A stretch of DNA of 63,989 nucleotides, the filler included, from an uncultured Acidimicrobiia bacterium (GTDB lineage: Bacteria; Actinomycetota; Acidimicrobiia; Spongiisociales; JAOTWH01), in assembly GCA_964347285.1 (NCBI GenBank). It is 3 parts of 3 records of this genome, joined end to end, with 100 filler letters (N's around TTAATTAATTAA, not from the genome) between each part and the next. Parts side by side here need not be neighbours in the genome. Positions count along the whole stretch, not along the records: positions 1 to 26,060 come from CAYFYE010000028.1; positions 26,161 to 51,890 come from CAYFYE010000029.1; 1 more part is not named here. One strand, 5' to 3'. Below are positions 20,535-30,440 of this stretch, one piece after another (position 1 is the first letter of the stretch; the number at the start of each line of letters is the position of its first letter). Both the position numbers and the translations under genes were made by a program. The notes under the pieces were generated by a model that was not told the DNA's origin, made no database searches, and saw only the letters and a program-made list of their open reading frames with translations.

Positions 20535-21152
20535 TCAGGCGGCCACTGCCACGCCCAGCTCTCGGAGCGACGCACGCAGCGCCGCGGGGCCGAGAAAGTG
20601 CAGCGAGCGGATGCCGGCCCTGATCGAGCACTCCAGGTTGAGGGCCCGGTCATCGATGAACACGCACTCGTCGGGTCGGGCCTGGGTGAGGTCGACGGCC
20701 ACCCGGAAGATCTCCGCTTCCGGCTTGCGCAGGCCCAGGTAGCACGAGCTCAGGAACATGGAGAAGTGCCGGTCGAGGCCGAAGGTCTTGATGCGATGCT
20801 CGTTGAGCTCGCGCGACTCGTTGTTCAGGGTGGCCAGCAGGTAGTCGCCCGACGCCGACAGCTGCTCGAGGACGGCGAGCGACTCGGGCTTGGCCTCGGA
20901 TTGGGCGAACATGAAGTCGCGAAAGTCGTCCCGGGAGAAACCCCGCTCCTGGTAGAAGACGGTGCGGTCGAGGTAGTCATCGAGCGTCAGCTTGCCGGTC
21001 TCGAAGTCGGCGGCGACGAAGTCGTGCCGGTCCTGGAATTCCTCCCAATCCAATCCGAACCGCTCCACCGCCGCCCGCCGGGAGGCTCGGTCCCACCCGT
21101 TGGTGAGCAGCACCCCACCGACGTCGAAGAACAGCACTTTGATGTCAGTCAC
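20535..21152 (-). CDS. HAD-family phosphatase
   Basis: FFDVGGVL, LNNES, KPE, FIDDR. Confidence 0.9.
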   Translation of the reverse strand: MTDIKVLFFDVGGVLLTNGWDRASRRAAVERFGLDWEEFQDRHDFVAADFETGKLTLDDYLDRTVFYQERGFSRDDFRDFMFAQSEAKPESLAVLEQLSASGDYLLATLNNESRELNEHRIKTFGLDRHFSMFLSSCYLGLRKPEAEIFRVAVDLTQARPDECVFIDDRALNLECSIRAGIRSLHFLGPAALRASLRELGVAVAA

Positions 21153-23883
21153 GAACCACCTCCTCCACTGATGCCAATCCGGCTGCCACATCCCCGCCCA
21201 GCTGCACCCGCAGCACCCGCCGGTCCCGGCTGCGCAGGGCCTGGTAGTCGCCCACCGCCTGGGCCTCGATGAGCTCGCCGAAGCTGTAGTCGGTGCCGGG
21301 CACCTCCAGGTCGTCGGCGGGCCGGTCGACCAGCTGGAGGAACAGCCCGGTGTTAGGGCCTCCCTTGTGGAACTGGCCGGTCGAGTGCAGAAAGCGAGGG
21401 CCGAAGCCCACGGTGGTGGCCAGCCTGGTCCGGGCCCGCAGCGCGGTCCTCAGCCCGGCCAGGGCCCGGGTAGTGGCCTCGTCGGGGGCCAGGTAGGCCT
21501 GGAGGGCGATGTAGTCGCCGGCCCGGGCCGAGGCCATCCACGCCTGGACCGCCTTGGCCAGCGCCTCGGCGTCGGCGGCCGCCACCTCGTCGGGAGCCTC
21601 GGCGCCTTCCCCGGTCATGGCCCGGCGGGCCAGCTGCTTGGCCAGCTCGACGTCGGGCTGGTTGAAGGGATGGATGCCGAGGGCGGCGCCGGCGGCCGCG
21701 GTGGCCACCTCGAGATGGAACATCTCATAGCCGAGGTCGTAGTGGTCCTCGAGACGGATCCGGGCCACCGAATGCCCGGCAGCCTCCAGTTCGGCGAGGT
21801 GGGTGTGCTGCTCCAGATCGGGCTCGCCGGCCACCCCCAGGTAGACGAAGAAGCGATCGGGGCCGTAGAGGTCGGGGGCGGCGGCCGGCTCGTCGGCCAC
21901 CGGCAGGATGCCGGTGTCGTCCTTGCCGGTGCTCTCGGCGATCAGCTGCTCGATCCAGCCCGGCAGTGCCGCCAGCGACGGCGACACCAGGAAGGTCGCC
22001 TTGTCCCGTCCGGCCCGGGCCGCCTCGCCGAGGGCGGCCCCCAGGGCGAGGCCCGGGTTGAGGGTGTCGGGGACGCAGAAGGCGGTGGCTTCGGCCATCG
22101 TCCGGGCCCGGTCGAGGAGCCGGCCCACGTCGACGCCTATCAGAGCCGCCGGCACCAGGCCGAAGGCGGTCAGCGCCGAGTAACGGCCGCCCACGTCGGG
22201 CGTTGCTTCGAAGAGCCGGCGGAAGCCCCGCTCCCGAGCCAGATCCCCCAGCAGCGTCCCCGGGTCGGTGATCCCCGCGAAGTGGCGGCCGGGAGCATCG
22301 GTCATCCGATCCATGTGGTCCCAGAAGTAGTGGAGGAACGAGAGCGGTTCGATGGTCGTCCCCGACTTGGAGGCCACCACGAAGAGGGCGGTGGACAGGT
22401 CGGTGGAGGCGGCCACCCGGCGCACCGCATCGGGGTGGGTGCTGTCGAGCACGACCAGGCGAGGGAAGCCGGCGGCATTGCCGAAGGTGCGCTGGAACAC
22501 TTCAGGGGCGAGGCTGGAGCCCCCCATGCCGAGGAGGACGACGGTTTGCACCCCGTCGGCCCGCACCTTCTCGGCGAACTCGGCGTACCTCTCGGCCTCA
22601 TCGACCATGGTCTCGGGCAGCGTGAGCCAGCCCAGGCGATCGCCGATCTCGGGGACCGGCTCCGCCGACCACAGGGTCGGGTCCTTGGCGCACAGGCGGC
22701 GCGTGAACCCGGCCCCTTCCCAGGCCGCCAGGCGCCGGTCCACCGCCGCAGCGATCGGTCCCAGATCGAGCACCTGCCGGGCCGTTCCCGCCCGGAGCCT
22801 CCGTACCTTGGCGCCGATGGCGGACAGCAGCTGGTCGAAGGAGTCGGCAAAGGCGGCCACTCCCTCGTCCTGGAGACGGTCGGTGACCGCGTCGAGGTCG
22901 ATCCCCAGCTCGGCCAGCTCGGCCAGGTCGGCCTCGGCCTCGGCCACCCCCTCGGTGATCGTCGCTCCCCGGACCCGGCCGTGGTCTTCGAAGGCTTCCA
23001 GCGTGGCCGGAGGCATGGTGTTGACGGTGTCGGGTCCGACCAGCTCTTCGACGTACCGCACGTCGGAGTAGGCCGGGTTCTTGGTGCCGGTGCTGGCCCA
23101 CAGCACCCGCTGGGGCCGTCCCCCCTTGCCGAACAGCTCGGGCACGACCTCGCCGGCGAACAGTTCGTCGAAGCGGTGGTAGGCGACCCTGGCGTTGGCC
23201 ACGGAGATCTTGCCTCGGAGTCTCAGGGCGCGGTCGGTGCCGATCTCCTCGAGGGCCCGGTCGACGGCGGTGTCGACCCGGCTGACGAAGAACGAGGCCA
23301 CCGAGGCGACATTGGACGGATCGGCGCTACGTTCCAGCCCGCGCAGGTAGGCGGCGGCGACGGCCTCGTAGTGGCGCACCGAAAAAAGCAGCGTGACGTT
23401 GACGTTGATGGAGGCGGCGATCAACTCCTCGACGGCCGGGACCCCCTCGGCGGTGGCCGGTACCTTGATCATCAGGTTGGGCCGGTCCACCAGGTCCCAG
23501 AGGCGATGGGCCTCGGCGATGGTCCCGGTGGTGTCGTGGGCCAGACGGGGGGAGACCTCCAGGCTGACGTAGCCGTCGTCACCGGCCGACGACTCGTACA
23601 CCGGAGCGACGATGTCGGCGGCCCGACTGATGTCGGCGACGGCCAGCCGCTCGAACACCGCCTCGGGATCGGGATCGACATCGGCGGCCAGGATTTCGGC
23701 GAGGTGGGCGTCGTAGTCGGTGCTGCCGGCGATGGCCTTCTCGAAGATCGTCGGGTTGGAGGTGAGGCCGCGCACACCCCGTTCCACCAGCCGGCCCAGC
23801 TCCCCGCCGTCGATGAGACTGCGGCGGATGTAGTCCAGCCATACGGACTGGCCCTTCTCCCGCAGGGCGGCCAGTGGGTTCAT
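21145..23883 (-). CDS. tal: Bifunctional transaldolase / glucose-6-phosphate isomerase
   Basis: WLDYI, TSNPTIF, IKVP, FFVSR, WASTGTK; then GMGGSSL, SKSGTT, GGRYS, QLIAESTGK, FNQPDVE. Confidence 0.94.
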   Translation of the reverse strand: MNPLAALREKGQSVWLDYIRRSLIDGGELGRLVERGVRGLTSNPTIFEKAIAGSTDYDAHLAEILAADVDPDPEAVFERLAVADISRAADIVAPVYESSAGDDGYVSLEVSPRLAHDTTGTIAEAHRLWDLVDRPNLMIKVPATAEGVPAVEELIAASINVNVTLLFSVRHYEAVAAAYLRGLERSADPSNVASVASFFVSRVDTAVDRALEEIGTDRALRLRGKISVANARVAYHRFDELFAGEVVPELFGKGGRPQRVLWASTGTKNPAYSDVRYVEELVGPDTVNTMPPATLEAFEDHGRVRGATITEGVAEAEADLAELAELGIDLDAVTDRLQDEGVAAFADSFDQLLSAIGAKVRRLRAGTARQVLDLGPIAAAVDRRLAAWEGAGFTRRLCAKDPTLWSAEPVPEIGDRLGWLTLPETMVDEAERYAEFAEKVRADGVQTVVLLGMGGSSLAPEVFQRTFGNAAGFPRLVVLDSTHPDAVRRVAASTDLSTALFVVASKSGTTIEPLSFLHYFWDHMDRMTDAPGRHFAGITDPGTLLGDLARERGFRRLFEATPDVGGRYSALTAFGLVPAALIGVDVGRLLDRARTMAEATAFCVPDTLNPGLALGAALGEAARAGRDKATFLVSPSLAALPGWIEQLIAESTGKDDTGILPVADEPAAAPDLYGPDRFFVYLGVAGEPDLEQHTHLAELEAAGHSVARIRLEDHYDLGYEMFHLEVATAAAGAALGIHPFNQPDVELAKQLARRAMTGEGAEAPDEVAAADAEALAKAVQAWMASARAGDYIALQAYLAPDEATTRALAGLRTALRARTRLATTVGFGPRFLHSTGQFHKGGPNTGLFLQLVDRPADDLEVPGTDYSFGELIEAQAVGDYQALRSRDRRVLRVQLGGDVAAGLASVEEVVRD

Positions 23884-24130
23884 GGGTCGGCCTCCTTCTC
23901 CGGCCGGCGGTCGTCGGTGCTGCCGGCGTGCCCTCCCTCCGCTTCACCCTAGGGAAGCACAAAGGCCTGCGGCCGGTGCCGTCGGCAGGCCCTCTTCCAT
24001 CGAGTGCAGTTGGTTCATGGGCGGGGCGCCGGCACCGCGCACCCTTGCCGAGGCTTTCTCGGCGGCGTTGTGTCGTTCAACCAGCGGCGCCCGCGGTCAC
24101 GCCGCCCAAAGACATCGGGGCGACAGTCTT

Positions 24131-25597
24131 CTACTTGGCCAGTTCGGCCAGGTGCGCCTCCCAGCGGCCCCCGTTCCCGGCGGCCAGCACCTCATAGGGC
24201 GGGATCCGGTACACGGTGACCCGATCGTCCAGGAAGTCGGAGGAGGCCAGCAGGGTGCCGTCGGGCGACACGTCGAGGCCGGTGGGCTGGTTGCCGCCGA
24301 CGATCGCATCGAGATGGCGGCCGGTGGCGGTGTCCACCAGCACCACCGAGCCCCATTCCGGACCCGGCTCGTAGTAGGTCACCGGGTTGTTGCGGCCCCG
24401 GTTGGAGACGTAGAGGACCCGGCCTTCGGGGTCGAGGTCGATCGTGTTGGGTACCCGGTCCACCGGGGCCAGCTCGGTCACCTCGCCGGTGGCGGTGTCC
24501 ACCACCAGGGTGTGGGCCCGGGCCATGTCGCTGGCATACACCAGCCCCCGGGCCGGGTCACCGACCAGGTGGCGCATCGCTCCTCCCGAGCGGTACAGCA
24601 CCTCGCCCAGGCCGGTGGCCAGGTCGATCAGCTGGATCTCCCCGTTCTCGAAACCGGCCACGTAGAGTCCGGAGCCGTCCGGGGTGACGTAGAGGCCGCG
24701 CGGGGTGAGGACGGTGGGGATGCGCCGCACCACCTCGCCGGTGTCGAGATCGATCTCCCCGACGTCGTTGCTGACCCAGTTGGAGGCATACAGGGTGCGC
24801 TCGTCGGGGGAGAGCGCCATGACCTTGGTCCACAAGCCCCCAGCGTCGAGGCGGCGCTCTACCCGCCGGGAGGCGACGTCGATCTCGTACACCGAGGCCG
24901 TTTCCATTTGGCTCACGTAGGCGGTGGTGCCGCTCTGGTTGAAGATCACCTCCACCGCCCCCGCCTCGGGGAGGTCGATGGCGTCGAGTCGCTCGCCGGT
25001 GAGCGGATCGAAGATCTCCACTCCGAAGGCGTCGAGCAGGGTCACCCACAGCTCCGAGCCGTTGGGGGTGAAGGCCACCTGCTTCGGGGCTCCGCTCGTC
25101 GAGAACACGGTCAGCTTGTGGACGAGTTGCCCGGCCGGGTCGAGCCAGACCGTCAGTGAGCGGTCGCCGTCGAGCATCACCTCCTCGGCGAGGGTGTTGA
25201 AGCCGTCGGCGCTCAGGGTGACGGTGGTCTCCCCTCCGGGGACGGTCAGTTCGAACGGCGTGGACAGAGTGTGAGAGCTGCCGTCGGACGCCCGGACGAC
25301 GGCGGTGGCCGGCACCGGCCTGGAGTCGACGGCCAGTAGGCGGGGGACCGGCGGCCTCGTGGTGGTTGTGGTGGTGCTGGGAGCGACCGTCTCGGTCGAA
25401 CCGGGGGCGGATTCGGGAGGCCGGACGGTGGTGTCGGGGGTCGGGAGGGCGACCGGCGCAGTGGTGACCTGGGCCGGCGGGTCGGAGGCGGTCTCCTGCG
25501 CACCGGTGGCGGTGGGGCCGCAGGCGGCGAGCAGCAGTGCCGCCGCCAGTGCCCCCAGGATGCGGCTTGTCCGGTTCACGGGGTGCCGTCGAGCCAT
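24131..25597 (-). CDS. YncE/YVTN-type beta-propeller lipoprotein with PEGA-like segment
   Basis: Lipobox LLAAC, Thr/Pro stalk, repeated 'SPD..LY.SN' blades. Confidence 0.8.
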   Translation of the reverse strand: MARRHPVNRTSRILGALAAALLLAACGPTATGAQETASDPPAQVTTAPVALPTPDTTVRPPESAPGSTETVAPSTTTTTTRPPVPRLLAVDSRPVPATAVVRASDGSSHTLSTPFELTVPGGETTVTLSADGFNTLAEEVMLDGDRSLTVWLDPAGQLVHKLTVFSTSGAPKQVAFTPNGSELWVTLLDAFGVEIFDPLTGERLDAIDLPEAGAVEVIFNQSGTTAYVSQMETASVYEIDVASRRVERRLDAGGLWTKVMALSPDERTLYASNWVSNDVGEIDLDTGEVVRRIPTVLTPRGLYVTPDGSGLYVAGFENGEIQLIDLATGLGEVLYRSGGAMRHLVGDPARGLVYASDMARAHTLVVDTATGEVTELAPVDRVPNTIDLDPEGRVLYVSNRGRNNPVTYYEPGPEWGSVVLVDTATGRHLDAIVGGNQPTGLDVSPDGTLLASSDFLDDRVTVYRIPPYEVLAAGNGGRWEAHLAELAK

Positions 25598-25738
25598 GGC
25601 CGATCCGCCTGCCCGGCATCGTACCGACCGGGACCGAGTCGAGCCGGGAAATGAGACCCGCAGCCCCGGCCGGACGGGTCAGGACCGAAGGGCGGCAGCC
25701 GGGGTTTCAGTGCGGTCGTTGGCCGGGTCGTGGCCGGG

Positions 25739-25927
25739 TCACGTCTCCCAGCCGGCGTTCGACGAGCCGGCGCCGGCCACCAGCGCCGAGATCAGGATCC
25801 CCAGCGGCAGGGTGCCCCAGTAGGACAGGCCGGTGTCGAAGTTCCCCAGGAACAGCATGAGCAGCCAGGTAGCCGGGAAGGTCGCGATCAGGAAGATGAT
25901 CGTCGCCGAGATCAGGGCACGGATCAC
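25739..25927 (-). CDS. Small hydrophobic membrane protein (62 aa)
   Basis: RBS aaggagg before GTG, two TM segments. Confidence 0.7.
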   Translation of the reverse strand: MIRALISATIIFLIATFPATWLLMLFLGNFDTGLSYWGTLPLGILISALVAGAGSSNAGWET

Positions 25928-26060
25928 GGAGGCCTCCTTGCCCCCTCGGGACGACCCTAGCTTTTCGTCCTGCGAATTCCTGGAAAAGGGGCTCGAAGTC
26001 CACCGGCCATCTAACGTCGGAGGCAGGGAAGGAGACCGCGTGCACGCCCAGGTACTGCAC

Positions 26061-26160
26061 NNNNNNNNNNNNNNNNNNNNNNNNNNNNNNNNNNNNNNNN
26101 NNNNTTAATTAATTAANNNNNNNNNNNNNNNNNNNNNNNNNNNNNNNNNNNNNNNNNNNN
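26061..26160. other. Artificial scaffold-joining spacer (N44-TTAATTAATTAA-N44)
   Basis: Six-frame stop linker padded by Ns, identical to 51891-51990. Confidence 0.95.
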
Positions 26161-28386
26161 CGAGGCCGATCCTTCACCTCCGGACCCCTCGACGGTGATG
26201 GTGACGTCGTCGCTGGTGGTGGCTGCGCCATCGTCGGCGGTGAGCCGGAGAATGTAGGAACCGGGGACGGTGAAGTCGGCCGAGGTGTCTACTGCGGCGG
26301 GGTCGGCGATGCTGACCGGACCGGGCCCGCTCACAACGCTCCACGTCGTGGTGACGATTCCGGGCGGATCCGGCAACCCGTCATCGGTCACAGTTCCGTC
26401 GAGGTCCACCGTGGCCGGTGCCGTCACCGTTTGGTCGGGTCCGGCACTGACGGAGGGCGGGGTGTTGGGAGTTCCCCCGCCCACCGAGATCTCGTAGAGC
26501 ATGCCGTCGTTTTCGTTGGGATCGCTGTTGTTGTCTACGACCCGGTCGACGATATAGATGTGGTCGTCGGACGGGTTGGTCGAGGAGGGCCCATACGCCA
26601 AACCGGCGGCGCTGTGGGGGTTGATGGCGCTGATGTCGATGTACCTGATCAGTGTCCCATCGATGAGCGTTTCGGCGATGAGCGGATCCCGGCTCGACAT
26701 GACCAGGAGGTGCCCGTTGTCGGGGATGTACTCGACGCCTTCAGGGTCGCCGATGCCGAGGGAGGTGGTGTCGAAAGACGTGACCGTGTCGTCCCCGGAG
26801 GGCGGAGCCCCGTCGAAGACACCGTTGGGGCCCGGGGCGACGTCGAAGATCTCCTCGGAGGCTCCGTCGGCCACGATGAAGTGCCCCCGACCGGTGTCGA
26901 ACGCAATGCCCTCCGCATCGGCCATGCCGTAGTCTCCGTCCCGCAGGCTGGTCACCGTGTCGTCCCCGGTGTCGTAGTTGCCGTCGGGGCCGGGGTCGAC
27001 CTCGTAGATGCCGAACGTGCCGGTGTCGTCCGAGATGAAGAGGTGGCCGTTGGCGGGGTTGACGGCCACGCCGGTCGGCTCGTTCGAGTAGGAGATCGTG
27101 GACAGGGTCTGGAGCAGATTGCCCGACAACGACGTGCGGAACATGTTGTCGCCGGTGAACAAGGACGGTATCTCGTTCACTTCTCCGTCGCTGATCAACA
27201 AGGAGTCGGAGCTCGAGAGGTAGGCCAGCCCTGAGGGGTCGGGGCTGGGCGGGTCGTACTGCCATGTCCGAGTCGTGCGAACCAGGACGGCGACGTCGGT
27301 GGGAACGCTTGCCACCTTCGTCGCCGGCTGCTGACTGGAGACCTCGATGATGCGTCCCCCCCCGCTGCGGGGGGTGGGCGGAGCGCTGTCGGCAACATAG
27401 AGGCTCATCGTCCCCGGGTCGTCGGTGGGGTCGGAGCTGGGGGCGAAGGTCATCGCCTGAGGATCGCCGAGACCGATGGCGCCGAGGTCCTGGAGCGCTT
27501 GCAGCTCCCCTCCCCGGTCGACCCCGAAGGCCACTTCATCCGTGGGACTTCCGACGTAAACCAGCCCATCCTCTGGGTTGTAGGCGATGCCGCGCAGTGG
27601 GGTGTCGACGAGGTCTGCCAGGAAGATGGTGCCGACGGCACCGGACGGCGAGATGTGCACGATGTGAGGACCGGCCGCATCGAGAACGTAGATCTCGCCG
27701 GTGAGCGGGTTGGCGGCGACGCCGGAGGCGGCCTCCATGTTCAGGTCGGGCACCAGGGTGGTGGTCGGACTCCCGTCCAGCTGGATGGTCACCAGATCGT
27801 CTGCGGCCACGGCAATCAGACCGTCTCCTCCCGACTTCATCGTCAGGTTGATCGGATTCGCAATCTGAGGAATGGCGATGATGCCGACGGGACCGTCGAC
27901 CGGCTCCACCCCCACGAGATTGCCGCCGGCTTCGTCGATGGTGTACAGAGCGCCGGTCCGGGGGCTGAAGGTGAGACCGGTCGGCCTGGGGACGCTGTAC
28001 TCGGCCGTGTGGATCTCGTTGCGCAGCCATGGCTCGGCCGCCGCCGGATCCTTGGGCCCGGCTTCGCCGCTCGGAGATGGCCGGCTCGAGCCGACGATCC
28101 CGGCGTGCGGTGGCGGCCCAGCGGTCTCCCCGGCCCGGGTGTCGCCGCCCGAGGCCGGGATGCTCGTGCCCGGAATCTCGCCGGGCCGCGCCGGCCCAGC
28201 GGTCTCCCCGGCCCGGGTGTCGCCGCCCGAGGCCGGGATGCTCGTGCCCAGAATCTCGCCAGGCAGGGCTGGCTCGGCGGTCTCCTCGGGCCGGCCGGCG
28301 CCGGTCGACGGCAGCACGCTCATGCCGAGGATCCCACTCAGCACAACGATCCGTAGCCGTACCGGGAAGAATCCTCCTGCGCGCAA
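26161..28386 (-). CDS. Large secreted beta-propeller (SdiA-regulated-like) + PKD-domain surface protein, 3'-truncated at the scaffold end
   Basis: Signal-like N-terminus, two propeller regions (DPSGLAY, EPTGVA, DAEGIA, DPEGVE), PKD NTPPSVSAGPDQ...GSYILRLTADDG. Start uncertain. Confidence 0.75.
28114..28285. repeat. 78-bp tandem repeat, ~2.2 copies (26-aa linker repeat)
   Basis: cggcccagcggtctccccggcccgggtgtcgccgcccgaggccgggatgctcgtgccc at 28114 and 28192, degenerate third start near 28271. Confidence 0.9.
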
Positions 28387-28881
28387 CCTTGCAGCCTCCC
28401 CTCATCCCGTAGGCACTATGCACCCTCAGTCACCTTAGCGACTACGTTACGGCCGTGCCCTGTGGATTCTGGGGCTCCTCGCGCGAAAACGCCGGGCGAC
28501 AGGTGACCGTCGGTGGCCACGAGGCGATCTCGTGACCTCAAGCAGCCCGTCACCGAGGGTAGCTATGAGGGAGCTGCCGGCCGGCGATCCGAGCCGTTGG
28601 AAGCGGCGTCGAGATCGGTCGGCTCTGGATATCGGCCTCGGCCGGCGGTGACCGGGCCCGGTCCCCGGGCGGGAGTGCTCGAGAGTGACCCGATCGCAGG
28701 GCCGGGCGAGCCGCGGCTAGGCGTGAACGTACCGGCCCTGGAGACCATATGAACGACCGGAGCGCACCGCTGGATCCGTAGACATAGCTCGGGTCACTGC
28801 ACTCTGACGTGGTCGAGTTGTTTTCAGTCTCTCCAAAAGCACGATCGTGGAGGTCCGAGCCGACTCGGTGGATGGGCGGAG

Positions 28882-29079
28882 GCCGACATCGAGCACCTTT
28901 CCCAGACCTTCTCGTTCGTTCCCGACAGCCTGATGGGCCAGGCGGCTCAGTTTGGGCTGGGCCAGGCACTGGTGGCCGGCAAGATCACCGACAGCCCCAC
29001 GACGGTGAAGATCGAAGGACGGATCAGCCCCGAAGGCGGAGGCGACGTTCCCACCGATTGGGCGCACCGCCGAACGTGA
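28882..29079 (+). pseudogene. Start-less C-terminal remnant of a HerA/DUF87-like ATP-binding protein
   Basis: Translates ADIEHLSQTFSFVPDSLMGQAAQFGLGQALVAGKITDSPTTVKIEGRISPEGGGDVPTDWAHRRT*, resembling actinobacterial HerA-like C-termini (recognition from memory). Confidence 0.55.
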
Positions 29080-29486
29080 TTCGACTCCCGAGTCGGTGGT
29101 CGACTTTCGGGCGGGAAGTGTGTCGACTGCCGGTCGTTCCGGGGCGTCGGTTCTCTCCACCAACCTTGGAGTCGCCGCTCCCTAGACAGGCGCCGGACCG
29201 AGTCCCGGCCCGAATCGCAGTCCTTCCCTCTACCCGAAGCAGCGGTTGTCCGGCGTGACGGCAGGTTCCAAGGCGGCCCCGTCGATGGCAGCGCGCCGAC
29301 AGGAGCGGAATCCACCTTCCCGTTCCCTCTTCCGGCTACTTTCCGGTGGGATTCGGACTACGTCTGGCGAGATCGGAGATTCTTGACGGCCAATAGAGCC
29401 GAGCTGCCCCAGTCGAGGACACCAATCCAGCCGGGAGAAGGGAGGGGGGAGCTCGTTACCCTCTGGGCAAACACCATGGGGTCGCG

Positions 29487-29873
29487 ATGACAACCGGGCG
29501 GAGCCGGCGACCGTCGTCGCCGCGCATCGCCGCCGTCCGCTGGGGCACCACCGAGGTCGAGGGGCTGGGCAGCTTCAAGGACGTCAAGCTGTGGCCGGGA
29601 GGGGGACGCGCCTGGGATTGGCGGGAGACCGGTACCGACCACACTCCGGGGATCCAACCTGCCGACCTCGAGGAACTCCTCGATCACGGCTGCGCGGTGA
29701 TCGTGCTCGGCTGCGGGATGTCCGGGGCCCTGCAGGTCCGGCCCGAGGCGCTGGCCCTTCTCGAAGCGAAAGGGATTGTCGTCCACATCGACCGCACCGA
29801 GGCTGCCGTGGAGCGGTACAACGGAATGACCCATACCCGCAAAGTGGGGGGCCTGTTCCATTCCACGTGTTGA
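29487..29873 (+). CDS. Mth938-like (AAMDC/NDUFAF3-like) domain protein
   Basis: SPRI..WG..EVEG..FKDVKLWPGG..WDWRETGT.H.PG, GGLFHSTC. Confidence 0.9.
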   Translation: MTTGRSRRPSSPRIAAVRWGTTEVEGLGSFKDVKLWPGGGRAWDWRETGTDHTPGIQPADLEELLDHGCAVIVLGCGMSGALQVRPEALALLEAKGIVVHIDRTEAAVERYNGMTHTRKVGGLFHSTC

Positions 29874-29962
29874 CGGCGGCTGGCGCGCCGTCCCGGACAA
29901 TGGTCCGCCCGCCCTCGCCCGGGCCCGTTTCCGAGCGGGCGGCGTTGAGGAAGGCCGTCCGA

Positions 29963-30085
29963 CTAGTGAGGTTGGTCGGCACGGGCCGCCCGAGCGGCCG
30001 CCACCAGCCGTCGGCGGGTGAGGCGCCGTCGGGCGTCATCCAACCGGGACGCGGCCAGATCGCGGGAAAGGTACGGATGGGTCAT
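29963..30085 (-). CDS. 40-aa basic helical microprotein (MTHPYLSRDLAASRLDDARRR...)
   Basis: ATGA overlap with upstream stop, RBS-like ggaagga; resembles 'MHPY...LA..R..E' actinobacterial microproteins. Confidence 0.55.
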   Translation of the reverse strand: MTHPYLSRDLAASRLDDARRRLTRRRLVAAARAARADQPH

Positions 30086-30264
30086 TGGTCGTCCTTCCGA
30101 TGGGAGCGCCGCCGGGACGAGCGGCGCACTCGGTACCAGCCGGAGTGCCCGCAATGGCAGTGGAATCGAACATCGAGCCCGGCCGGCGTCGACTGCAGTT
30201 CGTCCATGGCATCCAGCGAGAGCAGTACCCGGGTGCGATGACCGGCACAGTAGGGGGCAATCAT
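30082..30264 (-). CDS. 60-aa Cys/His zinc-ribbon-like microprotein
   Basis: C-x2-H ... C-x-C-G-H (YCAGH...FHCHCGHSG), RBS ggaga, ATGA-coupled at both ends. Confidence 0.7.
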   Translation of the reverse strand: MIAPYCAGHRTRVLLSLDAMDELQSTPAGLDVRFHCHCGHSGWYRVRRSSRRRSHRKDDQ

Positions 30265-30347
30265 CGTGCTTCTCCCGAGGGGTTGGATGGAAGGAAGGGG
30301 CGCCGGGTCGGGTCGACCGGGGTGGGATTGCGCGAGTCGTGCTTCAT
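30261..30347 (-). CDS. 28-aa Pro-rich leader/microprotein MKHDSRNPTPVDPTRRPFLPSNPSGEAR
   Basis: Strong RBS gaggagg; its TGA overlaps the ATG of the next ORF. Confidence 0.5.
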   Translation of the reverse strand: MKHDSRNPTPVDPTRRPFLPSNPSGEAR

Positions 30348-30362
30348 CTTGATCGCCTCCTC

Positions 30363-30440
30363 GTAATGGCTTATCCTTGTATTGCCTATTACAGGGTAGA
30401 TGCGGGGGTGTAAGGAGTCAAGTGAGTTTTTCCTATTACA
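30363..30440. promoter_or_regulatory. Two tandem GTAA-N22-TTAC inverted-repeat sites (putative CGNR operator)
   Basis: GTAA 30363-66/TTAC 30389-92 and GTAA 30410-13/TTAC 30436-39; both right arms read CCTATTACAG. Confidence 0.6.

Noticed and set aside
21367..23952. 861-aa plus-strand ORF and similar long shadows (53788-55890, 56835-58385, 6442-7962, 30729-32312)
   Set aside because: Antisense shadows of well-supported genes, expected at high GC; no recognisable motifs
25930..26060. Possible gene tail at the scaffold end
   Set aside because: Too short and unrecognisable to assign frame or function
26105..26116. TTAATTAATTAA palindrome, repeated at 51935-51946
   Set aside because: N-padded six-frame stop linker from scaffold concatenation; not biological, and gene adjacency across it means nothing
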